Assembly: GCA_965203095.1 (NCBI GenBank)
Contig: OZ241877.1
Coordinates: 1,056,001 to 1,120,000, forward strand
Reading direction: 5' to 3'
Source of the DNA: Bdellovibrionales bacterium
GTDB lineage: Bacteria; Bdellovibrionota; Bdellovibrionia; Bdellovibrionales; UBA1609
Length of the DNA stretch: 64,000 nt
The notes beneath the pieces are model-generated. The model made no database searches and had not been told where the DNA came from. It saw only the letters and a list, made by a program, of their open reading frames with translations. Both the position numbers and the translations under genes were made by a program. Shown piece after piece: positions 1 through 9,402 of the stretch. Position 1 is the first letter of the stretch; every line of letters starts with the position of its first letter.

Positions 1-1
1 T

Positions 2-55
2 AAAAACAATGCCCATATAAAAAAATCTCATGAAATATTAGCAATTAAAACTTAA
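2..55 (+). CDS. 3' end of a gene entering the window, probably a DNA methyltransferase
   Basis: Frame 2 reads KNNAHIKKSHEILAIKT*, resembling Dam/D12-class MTase C-termini; directly upstream of a GIY-YIG endonuclease. Confidence 0.4.
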   Translation, partial: KNNAHIKKSHEILAIKT

Positions 56-68
56 AAATGATTTTCCC

Positions 69-626
69 ATGAAAATACAAGACACAAAAGGATTTGTGTT
101 AATAGCTAAATGTATTAAAAACACTAAGCAATCAAAAGCATTGATAAGATTTGATTATTCTGTCTGCAAAGACAAACAACTAATTAAGAAAAGAGGAGGA
201 AGAGTATATTTGATTTGCGTTAATGATGAAATTTATAAAATAGGTTATTCTATAGATAAAAATGGAATGAAAGGAACACTTGGCTTTTATCAAGGGGCTA
301 TGGCTGGAAAACCAAGTATCAGAAGTTATGGGATACATAAACTGATAAATAAAGAATTAGAAAAAAGCAAAAATGTTTCCGTTTATGTAAAGTATTCTAA
401 AAAAATAAAAATAGATTCACTTATAATTGGATTAAACAAGGAGCATTCTATACAAGTAAGCCCATCCAAAGAGTTCGAGGATATATGTAAAAAAGATTAT
501 TATGAATTTGAAGAAATAAAATATCCAAAATGGAATTTTCAGGAAAATGGAAAACAATGGCCAAAAGATATTCAACTTTCTCATAATCAACATGGAAAAA
601 AACAAATTGACAAAAGAAAAAAATAA
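69..626 (+). CDS. GIY-YIG family (Hpy188I-like) type II restriction endonuclease
   Basis: GRVYLICVNDEIYKIGYS matches the GIY-YIG hairpin; size and conserved Glu helix (SKEFE) fit Hpy188I-type enzymes. Confidence 0.7.
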   Translation: MKIQDTKGFVLIAKCIKNTKQSKALIRFDYSVCKDKQLIKKRGGRVYLICVNDEIYKIGYSIDKNGMKGTLGFYQGAMAGKPSIRSYGIHKLINKELEKSKNVSVYVKYSKKIKIDSLIIGLNKEHSIQVSPSKEFEDICKKDYYEFEEIKYPKWNFQENGKQWPKDIQLSHNQHGKKQIDKRKK

Positions 627-677
627 TGTCAAACTATTACACTACAATATAAAATCTAACTCTGCGAATGGAAGAAT

Positions 678-2267
678 ATGGCTGAAGACAAACATATAGA
701 ATGGAAAGAATCCTGGAGAGATGAATATCTCAAATGGATTTGTGGTTTTGCTAATGCTCAAGGTGGGATTCTTGAAATTGGACGAAATGACAAAGGTAAG
801 GCTATTGGAGTCAAAAACATATCCAAGCTTTTAGAGGATCTGCCAAACAAAATAAGAGATATTTTAGGAATCCTTCCTGAAATAGATCAAACAAAAGAAA
901 AAGGCAAAAATCTTATTCAAATAAAAATAAGATCTTATACTCATCCTGTAAATTTCAAAGGCCAGTTTTATTATCGAAGTGGTAGCACCAATCAGGAATT
1001 AAGAGGTTCTGCTCTTCATCATTTCCTTTTAAAAAAACTGGGTAAGACATGGGATAGTATTCCTGTTGAAAAGCTATCTGTTTCTAATTTAGATACTGAT
1101 GTTATTGCAAGATTTTGCAAAATGGCTGTTGAGAAGAAACGACTTACTCCCGGCACCTTGAAAGAAACAAACAATAACTTGATTAAGAAACTGCAATTAA
1201 AAGAAGGGAATCAGCTAAAGCGTGCGACTGTTCTGCTTTTTCATCCTGAGCCTGAATCCTACTTCACAGGTGCTTATATCAAAATCGGTTATTTTGCGAA
1301 CCCCGCGGATATTTTATATCATGATGTTGTTCATGGAGATTTATTTACTCAAGTGGAAAGGACTATGGAACTTCTTTTAACAAAATATCTCAAAGCATTT
1401 ATTTCTTATGAAGGTTTGTATAGAAGAGAAACTTATCCTGTTCCTGAAGAGGTATTGCGGGAGGTGATTTTAAATGCTGTTATTCATAAGGATTATACAA
1501 CGGGAGCACCAATTCAAATCAGAGTTTATGAAGATAAAATTGTAATTTGGAACAGTAGCCGTTTCTCTGATAATTGGACAGTGAAAAAACTGCTTTCAAA
1601 ACACATATCGGATCCGTTTAATCCCAATGTGGCAAAAGTGTTTTTCCTGTCAGGGATGATTGAAGCTTGGGGTAGAGGAATTGAGAAAATGATAGAAGGA
1701 TGCAAAACACATGGAGTTCCAAAGCCTTTGTTTCGTGGGGAGACAACTGGTCTGTGGGTTCAGTTTAAAAACCATGATGCGGAAATGAAGAAAAAGCTAA
1801 AAAAAACGCCTATAGAAACGCCTATAGAAACGCCTATAGAAACGCCTATAGAAATCCTTAAAATACTGGCCTCAAATCCAAATATGACAATTCCTGAACT
1901 GGCACAAAAGATTAAGAAATCAGAGAGTGCTACTTGGCGAGCTGTTCGTAGCCTTAGAAAGTCTGGTCATTTAAAACGAATAGGATCAACAAAAAGTGGA
2001 CATTGGCAAATCATGAAAACAAAAATAAAGAAAAAACTAAAAAAAACGCCTATAGAAACGCCTATAGAAACGCCTATAGAAATCCTTAAAATACTGGCCT
2101 CAAATCCAAATATGACAATTCCTGAACTGGCACAAAAGATTAAGAAATCAGAGAGTGCTACTTGGCGAGCTGTTCGTAGCCTTAGAAAGTCTGGTCATTT
2201 AAAAAGAGTGGGATCAACAAAAAGTGGGCACTGGAAAATCATGAAAAATCAAAATAAAACAAGGTAA
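678..2267 (+). CDS. AlbA_2/Schlafen-like + HATPase_c_4 (RecG C-terminal-like) ATP-binding protein with duplicated C-terminal HTH
   Basis: EDKHIEWKES, ICGFANAQGG, YPVPEEVLREVILNAVIHKDY, IEAWGRGI; two near-identical HTH modules. Confidence 0.85.
   Translation: MAEDKHIEWKESWRDEYLKWICGFANAQGGILEIGRNDKGKAIGVKNISKLLEDLPNKIRDILGILPEIDQTKEKGKNLIQIKIRSYTHPVNFKGQFYYRSGSTNQELRGSALHHFLLKKLGKTWDSIPVEKLSVSNLDTDVIARFCKMAVEKKRLTPGTLKETNNNLIKKLQLKEGNQLKRATVLLFHPEPESYFTGAYIKIGYFANPADILYHDVVHGDLFTQVERTMELLLTKYLKAFISYEGLYRRETYPVPEEVLREVILNAVIHKDYTTGAPIQIRVYEDKIVIWNSSRFSDNWTVKKLLSKHISDPFNPNVAKVFFLSGMIEAWGRGIEKMIEGCKTHGVPKPLFRGETTGLWVQFKNHDAEMKKKLKKTPIETPIETPIETPIEILKILASNPNMTIPELAQKIKKSESATWRAVRSLRKSGHLKRIGSTKSGHWQIMKTKIKKKLKKTPIETPIETPIEILKILASNPNMTIPELAQKIKKSESATWRAVRSLRKSGHLKRVGSTKSGHWKIMKNQNKTR
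1788..2247 (+). repeat. Intragenic ~240-bp tandem duplication containing 12-bp AACGCCTATAGA repeats (4 copies, then 3)
   Basis: 1788-2019 is nearly identical to 2028-2247; encodes (TPIE)n + HTH twice. Confidence 0.95.
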
Positions 2268-2277
2268 GAGGTTTTTT

Positions 2278-2412
2278 ATGAAGGAAGAATTACTGAAGAT
2301 TTTATTAAAGTTTCAGGACAAATTGCTTGATTTGTCTAAAAGAAATAAAATGATAAATTCTAATTTTCAATCTCGATCAAGAACCCACTTTAGAATCATT
2401 GAAAAAATATTT
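2278..2412 (+). pseudogene. 5' stump of a DUF4011-domain helicase gene, in frame with the downstream lipoprotein
   Basis: KFQDKLLDLSKRNKMINSNF matches the DUF4011 N-terminal motif LLDLSxRNxLxN. Confidence 0.6.
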
Positions 2413-3228
2413 ATGAAGAAATTTAAAAATTATTTTATTTACGGTATTTTCTTAAGCGTTTTAAGCATTTCTTGTTCTCAAAAAACTGTTCCTGCTTCTG
2501 TGCCTATCCCTCTTGAAAGAAGTCCACATAAAGCATTTTCCTGTCAAAAGGAGAGCCAGGCATGTTGGGGCTTTCCCGCTTGTGTTCGTTTTTGTGAAGA
2601 ATTGTTTTTTAATAAAGAAAGCCGGAAAAAATGTCTCCAATGGCCGATGGTTTTGTTTGAAGATTTTAACAATTTATTAAATATAATAAGGACACAACCC
2701 TTTCAAGAAATTGATTTAAAGGTTTTAAAATGTTTTATGGATCTCTCAGAAGAAGATAAAACCATCCTTTTTAAACGGCTAAATAAAGATTCAGCTCAGG
2801 AGTTTTTAGAAGAAATAGCCAAAACACCGGAACTGGCATTGATTTTAGCTAAAGAAGATGATAAAAATTTCTCTATTTTTCGCACATTAACAAAAAAAGT
2901 GAGTAGCCGAATTCCCACAGCCATAAAAGGCCGGGGAGGCTCTAAAAATTTTCTTATTTTGCTAAATGAAAATGAAAACCGACCGGCTGGAGTTTGGTTA
3001 GACGACTTTATCAGCCATTTTTGCCGAAGAGACTCCAGTTGCGATGAACCTTTAGATTACTATTGTAAAATTTTAGACAAAACTCGCTCCGAACCTTTAA
3101 AAGACTTTTTTGAAAATGCTTACTTTAAAAAAGAATATAAAAGAAATATTGAATCCAAGTCTTGTGGATCCCAGAACTGTGAGTATGGGAATCTGATTGA
3201 TTTTCGATCCCTCTGTCGTTCATTTTAA
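2413..3228 (+). CDS. Cys-rich lipoprotein of unknown function
   Basis: Second ATG gives the lipoprotein signal MKKFKNYFIYGIFLSVLSIS-C. Confidence 0.7.
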   Translation: MKKFKNYFIYGIFLSVLSISCSQKTVPASVPIPLERSPHKAFSCQKESQACWGFPACVRFCEELFFNKESRKKCLQWPMVLFEDFNNLLNIIRTQPFQEIDLKVLKCFMDLSEEDKTILFKRLNKDSAQEFLEEIAKTPELALILAKEDDKNFSIFRTLTKKVSSRIPTAIKGRGGSKNFLILLNENENRPAGVWLDDFISHFCRRDSSCDEPLDYYCKILDKTRSEPLKDFFENAYFKKEYKRNIESKSCGSQNCEYGNLIDFRSLCRSF

Positions 3229-5210
3229 AAAGTGAGAGGCAGAGCCTCCCACCGGATCAACTCTTTAGGAATTTCTGAGAGGAATCGGCTGGGAGCATTG
3301 TATTGATCTCTCCCCCAAAGCTTTCTCCGTTTCGCGTAAGAAAGTGTCAACCTCTCTTTAGCTCTGGTCATTCCCACATAAGCCAAACGACGTTCTTCTT
3401 CTAAATTATTATCCTCAACACTTTGAAAGGAGGGGAAAAGATTTTCCTCCATACCGGTAATAAAAACAGAATTAAACTCCAACCCTTTTGAGTTATGAAG
3501 AGTCATTAAGGTCACACAGTCCTGCTCTTCACGAGTTTTGTCCTCTTGTGCCAACAAACTCATTTCCTCTAAAAAATCCTCTAAAGCTATTGATCCCTCG
3601 CTGTGCTCCTCTTTTTGCTCAATGAGATGGCCCAATTCCTGTAAATTTTCAATACGGCTTTGCGACTCCATAGATCGATGAGCTTGCAAAGCTTCAACAT
3701 AGCCACTGCGATCTAAAATCAAACTGTAGATGTCATGAAGAGTAGCCCCTTTAGCTTTTTCACTTTTAGCCTCCTCTATACAACGAATAAAATTATCGAT
3801 CTCTAAAAGGCTTTTGCCCTGGATTCGCCCTTGACGAGCTTGCTCTTTTAAACAATTATATAGGCTTTTTCTCTCCCGCGAAACCTCTTCCTGCAAGCGG
3901 GAGAGAAAACGAGGCCCTATCCCTCGGCGAGGGCTGTTAACTATACTGAGAAAAGAGACATCATCATTGCTATTTAAAACTAACTTCATATAGGACAACA
4001 GATCTTTAACTTCTTTTCGCTCATAAAATCTCAGCCCTCCCACAATTTTATAAGGCACTCCTTCAGCACGAAGATGATCCTCTATCATACGAGATTGAGC
4101 ATTAGTCCGGTAAAGCACAGTGAAATCCCCATAGTTATTTTCATTTCCTGCACAAAAAGAGCGAATGCTTTCTGAAACAAATCGCCCTTCCTCGTAATCA
4201 CTCAATGCCTCGCAGATATGTATTTTCCTGCCGGGTTTTTTTTGGGTTCTAAGGCTTTTCCCTTTGCGAATGCGATTGTGTGAGATAAGCCCATTAGCCC
4301 CTTGGACAATGTTTTGTGTGGAGCGATAATTTTCCTCCAGAAAAAAAGTAGAGCAAGGCTGAAAATCTTTTTCAAAATCCATAATGTTGTTAATATCCGC
4401 CCCTCGCCAGCTATAGATAGACTGATCCTCATCCCCCACAACACATATATTCCTATGTTTTTCCGCCAGTTTTTTTATCAACAAATATTGGATATGGTTA
4501 GTGTCTTGATACTCATCCACACAGATATACTGAAATTGATTTTGAAGGGACTTTAAAAAATCCGGCCACCGGAGCATTAAACGATAAGTTTCTAAAAGGA
4601 GGCTCTCAAAATCAAAAGCATCGGCTCGTTTAAGGGCTTTTTCATAATTTTGATAAATGAGTTCAAACTGCTGATCGTAAAAAAGATGAGGTTGTGAGCT
4701 TATCTCATGAGGGGCCAGCCCCATCCTCTTGCACAAATTGATTTGAGATCGAAGGTTTTTTGGATCTTTAATTTTAGAATCTATATTCAAATCCCTTAAA
4801 ACTTTTTTAATCAGTTTTAACTGATCAGCTTGATCGTAAATGTTAACGGATTTTCTGCCATGTAAAAGATGTGTATTTTGCCTTAAAATTTGAGCACAAA
4901 CGGAATGAAAAGTGCCTATCCAGGGAGTCCAACCTATACTTTTCCCATAAAAGGAAAGTAAATTGAGTGCTCTCTCCTTCATTTCCCTTGCGGCTTTGTT
5001 GGTGAAAGTGACAGCCAGAATGTTATCCCAAGAGCTTATACCCTCTAAAACCAAAGCGGTAATCCTGTAAACTAAAACACGGGTTTTCCCTGAGCCGGCT
5101 CCGGCCCAAACTAAAACCGGCCCTTTAAAAGTTTTAACTGCTGACCGTTGGCTGGTATTAAGATCTTTATACAAATCCCTTTCCGAGCTTTTTAAAAATA
5201 AATTTTCCAT
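3225..5210 (-). CDS. pcrA: UvrD/PcrA superfamily I DNA helicase
   Basis: AGAGSGKT, VDEYQDTN, VGDEDQSIYSWRGA, LEENYRS, TLHNSKGLEF, EERRLAYVGMTRA. Confidence 0.95.
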   Translation of the reverse strand: MENLFLKSSERDLYKDLNTSQRSAVKTFKGPVLVWAGAGSGKTRVLVYRITALVLEGISSWDNILAVTFTNKAAREMKERALNLLSFYGKSIGWTPWIGTFHSVCAQILRQNTHLLHGRKSVNIYDQADQLKLIKKVLRDLNIDSKIKDPKNLRSQINLCKRMGLAPHEISSQPHLFYDQQFELIYQNYEKALKRADAFDFESLLLETYRLMLRWPDFLKSLQNQFQYICVDEYQDTNHIQYLLIKKLAEKHRNICVVGDEDQSIYSWRGADINNIMDFEKDFQPCSTFFLEENYRSTQNIVQGANGLISHNRIRKGKSLRTQKKPGRKIHICEALSDYEEGRFVSESIRSFCAGNENNYGDFTVLYRTNAQSRMIEDHLRAEGVPYKIVGGLRFYERKEVKDLLSYMKLVLNSNDDVSFLSIVNSPRRGIGPRFLSRLQEEVSRERKSLYNCLKEQARQGRIQGKSLLEIDNFIRCIEEAKSEKAKGATLHDIYSLILDRSGYVEALQAHRSMESQSRIENLQELGHLIEQKEEHSEGSIALEDFLEEMSLLAQEDKTREEQDCVTLMTLHNSKGLEFNSVFITGMEENLFPSFQSVEDNNLEEERRLAYVGMTRAKERLTLSYAKRRKLWGRDQYNAPSRFLSEIPKELIRWEALPLTF

Positions 5211-5942
5211 TTACAAAGAGACCTCTTCTAAAAATATTTGAGAAAAAGGAGAAGGCTCAGGAATGGATTTTTTAAACTCTAAAGCCTTTTGTTTTGAAGG
5301 GAAAGGCCCTAAATAAACACGAACATGGCCACTGTGGGCTTTTATCAAAAAACTCCATAGAGGGTAAAATTTTTTCATCTCCTGAATATAATCCAAAGCC
5401 TTTTCCTGTTCAGAAAACACATCAATAAGAAAGCTGAACTTCCCATCTATTGTAAAAAATTTTTGATTTCCCGCAATTTTAATAAGTTGTGCACGATTTT
5501 TTTTGTCATATTCCTCTTGCAGTTTTTGCCACTCAAAGTTCTCCATTTTTTCCGGAGGAGGTAGTGAAGGGTTGAGGACAGCTGGTGCCGGATCCATCTT
5601 TTTTTGAGGAGGAGGAAGGTTTTTAATAGGGGCTAATTTTACTGGCCGAGGTTTAAATGGGCTATTTTCCCCTTTTATTGAGGAAGTTCCTTTAATAAAA
5701 GAATCCATTTTATAAGGATCAAATAAAAACAAGATGTTATCCTTCATTTCTGTGAAAAATGCGGGGTTTTTCCCCTCTTTTGAGGGAGGAAGATTCTCCC
5801 TCCCTGGAACTAAAGAACTTGCCTTTAAATCAGTTTTTTTGGCCATTCCGCCGGGAATCACGAAAACAGCCGTCCCCCAACCTAAGAGAAAACTTACAAA
5901 ACAGAGCAAAAAAACAAACAGCACAGATGGTAAAAAACGCAT
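5211..5942 (-). CDS. Membrane-anchored SPOR-domain protein
   Basis: N-terminal TM helix (start taken at MRFLPS), Pro-rich linker, C-terminal VRVYLGPFPSKQKA. Confidence 0.65.
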   Translation of the reverse strand: MRFLPSVLFVFLLCFVSFLLGWGTAVFVIPGGMAKKTDLKASSLVPGRENLPPSKEGKNPAFFTEMKDNILFLFDPYKMDSFIKGTSSIKGENSPFKPRPVKLAPIKNLPPPQKKMDPAPAVLNPSLPPPEKMENFEWQKLQEEYDKKNRAQLIKIAGNQKFFTIDGKFSFLIDVFSEQEKALDYIQEMKKFYPLWSFLIKAHSGHVRVYLGPFPSKQKALEFKKSIPEPSPFSQIFLEEVSL

Positions 5943-6098
5943 TTTTGCTATTATACAAAAAAGAGGATTAGACTCAACGGGTTTTTCCACTAATAGGCTT
6001 GAAAAAACAATGTTTTTAAGCTGGATTCTGCTCTTGACAAAAAAAGCCCTCTAATGTATGCAAACACAGTCAATTAACCATCTATCAACTTGTGAGCA

Positions 6099-7007
6099 AT
6101 GAGATCTATCCGATCCTTTTTTAAAATTTATTGCCAGCTCAGCAAAATAGGCATTGTTCTTTTTGCCCTTTTGACAGCAGGTTTAGCTTATATTTTGTCA
6201 TGTCAAAATTTTTCTTCAATCTCTTGGTCCCAGTTGAGCTTTTTTGTATTGGGTTTTTACATGGTTTGTAGTGCCGGCTTTATTTTGAATCAAGTTCAGG
6301 AGCGGGATTGGGACAGAAAAATGAAGCGAACCCAAAATCGCCCGATTCCCCTTGGCAAAATATCCCCTTTACAAGCTTACGGCTTATCCCTGTTCTTTTT
6401 ACTATTGGGCTTATGGATTTTATTTTTGCTTAAGCCCCAGACCGCCTTATTGGCTTTGTTGGCAGTGGTGCTTTATAATGGTTTTTATACTTTATTTTGT
6501 AAGAAGTTTATGAAGTATGGGGCTGTTCCGGGGGCTTTGCCGGGGGCTTTGCCTCCAATAATAGGCTGGTCTCTTGGGGAAAGCAGTATTTATAGTGCTC
6601 CTTGTGCTTATTTGTTTTTGCTTTTGTTTTTATGGCAACTGCCTCATTTTTGGAGTTTGTCTCTTCATTACAAAGAAGATTATAAAAAAGCGGGTTGGCC
6701 TATGTTAGCTGTTTTGTCTGCCAGATCAAAAACACTCTATTATATTGGGCTTTACCTTTTAGCTTATATTGGACTGGCTTTGATTTCCCCTTTATTTTTG
6801 CCTGCTGGCTGGTTGTATATGTTTTTGATAGTCCCTTTAGCTTTTATGCTTTTGTATCAATTTTATAAATATATGAAAAATCCCACCCGATGGCTTAAGT
6901 TTTTTTTGTGGGTGAATGCCAGCATTATTGTCTATTTTGCCGTTCCTGTTTTGGATCGTTGGATTTTTTATTATTTTACTCATTGGCAAGTTTTTCATGG
7001 AACATAG
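6099..7007 (+). CDS. cyoE: Protoheme IX farnesyltransferase
   Basis: NQVQERDWDRKMKRTQNRPIP, GALPPIIGW, LWQLPHFWSL, DYKKAG. Confidence 0.93.
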   Translation: MRSIRSFFKIYCQLSKIGIVLFALLTAGLAYILSCQNFSSISWSQLSFFVLGFYMVCSAGFILNQVQERDWDRKMKRTQNRPIPLGKISPLQAYGLSLFFLLLGLWILFLLKPQTALLALLAVVLYNGFYTLFCKKFMKYGAVPGALPGALPPIIGWSLGESSIYSAPCAYLFLLLFLWQLPHFWSLSLHYKEDYKKAGWPMLAVLSARSKTLYYIGLYLLAYIGLALISPLFLPAGWLYMFLIVPLAFMLLYQFYKYMKNPTRWLKFFLWVNASIIVYFAVPVLDRWIFYYFTHWQVFHGT

Positions 7008-7026
7008 CAGACAACAAAAAAGCTTC

Positions 7027-7106
7027 TTATACTGATTACATTTGAGATTTCCGGTCAAAACAGAATAGAGAAAGCAGGAATTTTTAAACAAAATCAGTAT
7101 AAAATA
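7027..7106. repeat. MITE-like ~76-bp element with 11-bp terminal inverted repeats (copy A)
   Basis: TTATACTGATT (7027-7037) and AATCAGTATAA (7092-7102); similar copy at 28456-28530. Confidence 0.55.
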
Positions 7107-7114
7107 TTTATGCC

Positions 7115-7693
7115 TTATTTTTTTAAAGAAGAGTGGTAATTAACAGAGTGTAAAAACTCTGGTTTGGGCATAATCCTTCTTATCTCCCCTGTCCAAGGAT
7201 GAGTTTTACAATCCATCATTTTCCAATAGCCACTATCCTTAGGTCTTGTGTTTTTTGGCACGATGGCTTCGGTATAGGAAAACCAGTTTAATTCCTCTTT
7301 TGAAAGCGATCCCCCACGAGAAAAAGTTTTGTCATTTCTTTTTTTTCTAAATGTATAAATGGCAACTATTCCATTTTCAGATGAATATTTAAGCATTTTT
7401 TCAAAACAAAGTCCGGCCCCATTTTTTTCTCTGTTGAAAAACATATTTCTTTCTTGAGACGAGAGATAAATCATACAAGCATAAGGTAAGCTCGTCCATT
7501 TGTAAAGTCCAAGAGTAAACATAAGTTCGTCTTTTTTAAAAGCACCAAAAATACAAGGGAAAGGAGAAGATCTAAAATAAGCAGATAAATTATCATTAGG
7601 ATCATATAATAAAGGTTTATTTTTTATAAACTCTATAAACTGGGCTTTATGCTTTTCACTTAAGCGAATAACCGATAATTCTTTTTTGCTCAT
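7115..7693 (-). CDS. Hypothetical protein, possibly a divergent GNAT fold
   Basis: 192-aa ORF overlapping the upstream gene by 4 nt; FGAF and GAGLCFEKMLKYS...IYT pattern. Confidence 0.55.
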   Translation of the reverse strand: MSKKELSVIRLSEKHKAQFIEFIKNKPLLYDPNDNLSAYFRSSPFPCIFGAFKKDELMFTLGLYKWTSLPYACMIYLSSQERNMFFNREKNGAGLCFEKMLKYSSENGIVAIYTFRKKRNDKTFSRGGSLSKEELNWFSYTEAIVPKNTRPKDSGYWKMMDCKTHPWTGEIRRIMPKPEFLHSVNYHSSLKK

Positions 7694-8601
7694 TGGATTA
7701 GCACTCCTTCCCTCTTTATTTTTTCTGCCAAGGATAGGGCAGGGTAGTAGAGGATTTGGTTTTTATTTAATGGGTTTTTAGAAAATTTTGCTCTAAACAC
7801 GGCATCTTCTTTTTGCAGGTTTTCAAACCCTGTTTGTTTCTCCCTTATTTTTAAGCCAAAATGTTTATAGTAAAATTGGCTTTTGTATTTCATAAAATCA
7901 AAATAATCTCCAGGAGCTTTTAAAAGGGATTGAGTTAAGGGATCTTTTAGTTGGGAATAAATGATTTCTACTGTTGCGGAAAAGAAATGAACAAAAGCGG
8001 GCATTCTTTTTTTATAAAAAAACTTAGGCCAAGCATAAAATTTTTCCTCCTCTTCCATAAACCATAATTCACCCCCCCCCCCCCCATATTTGAAGTAAAG
8101 ATCTCCCCCTCCAAGAACAACAAAACCCTCCAGCTTTTCACTAACAATTAGAGGCAAGATCAGTTGTGGAGAAGCGGTTTGAGACATTTCAGAAACTCTT
8201 TCTCCATCGAATTTCCATTTTTGAACAGGATCTAATTCTATGACTTTAGGCTTTAGTTTTTCTGAATCACAAAATTCATAAGCGAACCGCAAATCATATT
8301 CATTGTGCCCGCCTGAATATTTTAAAATAATGGGTTGGAAATCTGCTTTTACCTCTTTTAAAGAAAGAGCTATGGCGGAGCTGTCTATACCTCCAGATAA
8401 AAAAAGTAAAATACTTTGTCCTTTAGCCAGTTTTTTTATGTGAGCGGCCAGGCCCAAGCATTCTGTCCGCCAATCTTTAACTGGCCTTTTAATTGGAGGG
8501 ATATAGATTTGAAGTTTGTCGGAAGGCGATTTTCTTCTCATTTCACCATGGGGTTCATAAAAGAAGAAGGGATCTGTTTTTGAGGTCGAAGGCTTAAGCA
8601 T
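7690..8601 (-). CDS. N-type ATP pyrophosphatase (asparagine synthase C-domain-like) protein
   Basis: LFLSGGIDS PP-loop, VLGGGD, REKQTGFE; start placed at MLKPS. Confidence 0.7.
   Translation of the reverse strand: MLKPSTSKTDPFFFYEPHGEMRRKSPSDKLQIYIPPIKRPVKDWRTECLGLAAHIKKLAKGQSILLFLSGGIDSSAIALSLKEVKADFQPIILKYSGGHNEYDLRFAYEFCDSEKLKPKVIELDPVQKWKFDGERVSEMSQTASPQLILPLIVSEKLEGFVVLGGGDLYFKYGGGGGELWFMEEEEKFYAWPKFFYKKRMPAFVHFFSATVEIIYSQLKDPLTQSLLKAPGDYFDFMKYKSQFYYKHFGLKIREKQTGFENLQKEDAVFRAKFSKNPLNKNQILYYPALSLAEKIKREGVLIQ
8072..8085 (-). repeat. G14 homopolymer inside the coding sequence
   Basis: 14 consecutive C on the + strand encoding YGGGGGE. Confidence 0.9.
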
Positions 8602-8626
8602 AATTTGTGAAAACCTAAAAATAGCA

Positions 8627-9076
8627 TTATATTTTTTTAAACATATAAAGATGAGGGCCATACTCAAATTGTTTTGTTATCCCACAATCTTTCATCCCTA
8701 CAGATAAATAAAAAGCCTTTTTAGAATGCCGGCATAAGCCCCAAAGGCTTGATCCTCCTCTCTTTTTGGCTTCTTTTTCCACCTCAAAAAAAAGCCGAGA
8801 GCCTAAGCCCTGTCTCCTGAAATTTTTAAAACAATATAAACCCCTAAAGCGAAACTCATGAGGGCGAGTCCTTTGGCCACTCACCACCCCAACAGTTTGC
8901 CCTTCCTTTTCCATTTTTAGAAAAAAAGCCTCATGGGATTTATAACTCATATCTATCCCCCCTTTAAAAAGAAGAGCACTTGTGGCTTCAATAGGACTTT
9001 CCCTCTCCGGCCAAAGATTATTCCTCCAGATAGGGAAAACTATTGAAAAATCAGTTGCGGAAACAACATATTGCAC
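8627..9076 (-). CDS. GNAT family N-acetyltransferase
   Basis: FRGLYC...FRRQGLGSRL acetyl-CoA motif A; AFYLSVG motif B. Confidence 0.85.
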   Translation of the reverse strand: MQYVVSATDFSIVFPIWRNNLWPERESPIEATSALLFKGGIDMSYKSHEAFFLKMEKEGQTVGVVSGQRTRPHEFRFRGLYCFKNFRRQGLGSRLFFEVEKEAKKRGGSSLWGLCRHSKKAFYLSVGMKDCGITKQFEYGPHLYMFKKI

Positions 9077-9219
9077 AGCTCTTTATATCAAAATTAATGG
9101 AATCAGTCAATTCCTCTTAATAAAAAAGCCCAAGTCCGGGCAAATATATATAAAATAATGAAAATTTGGCAAAAAATCCTTGATTGTCTTTAAGCTTTTG
9201 TCTTACTATTCGATAAGTT

Positions 9220-9384
9220 ATGAGCAAATCTGTAAATAAATTAACAAGAAAAAAGTATTTCCAAATAAAAGAGGTGGAAAGGCTTTATAAAACAATTCAT
9301 AAATACAATTTAAGGCTAATAGCTTATAAAAAGTTATTACAGCTGTATATACAATTTAAAAAAAATCAATGCGATAATAGCTAA
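9220..9384 (+). CDS. Small basic hypothetical protein (54 aa, not in the ORF track)
   Basis: ATG 9220 to TAA 9384: MSKSVNKLTRKKYFQIKEVERLYKTIHKYNLRLIAYKKLL... Confidence 0.45.
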   Translation: MSKSVNKLTRKKYFQIKEVERLYKTIHKYNLRLIAYKKLLQLYIQFKKNQCDNS

Positions 9385-9402
9385 TCTGTCAACAAAAATT
9401 TC

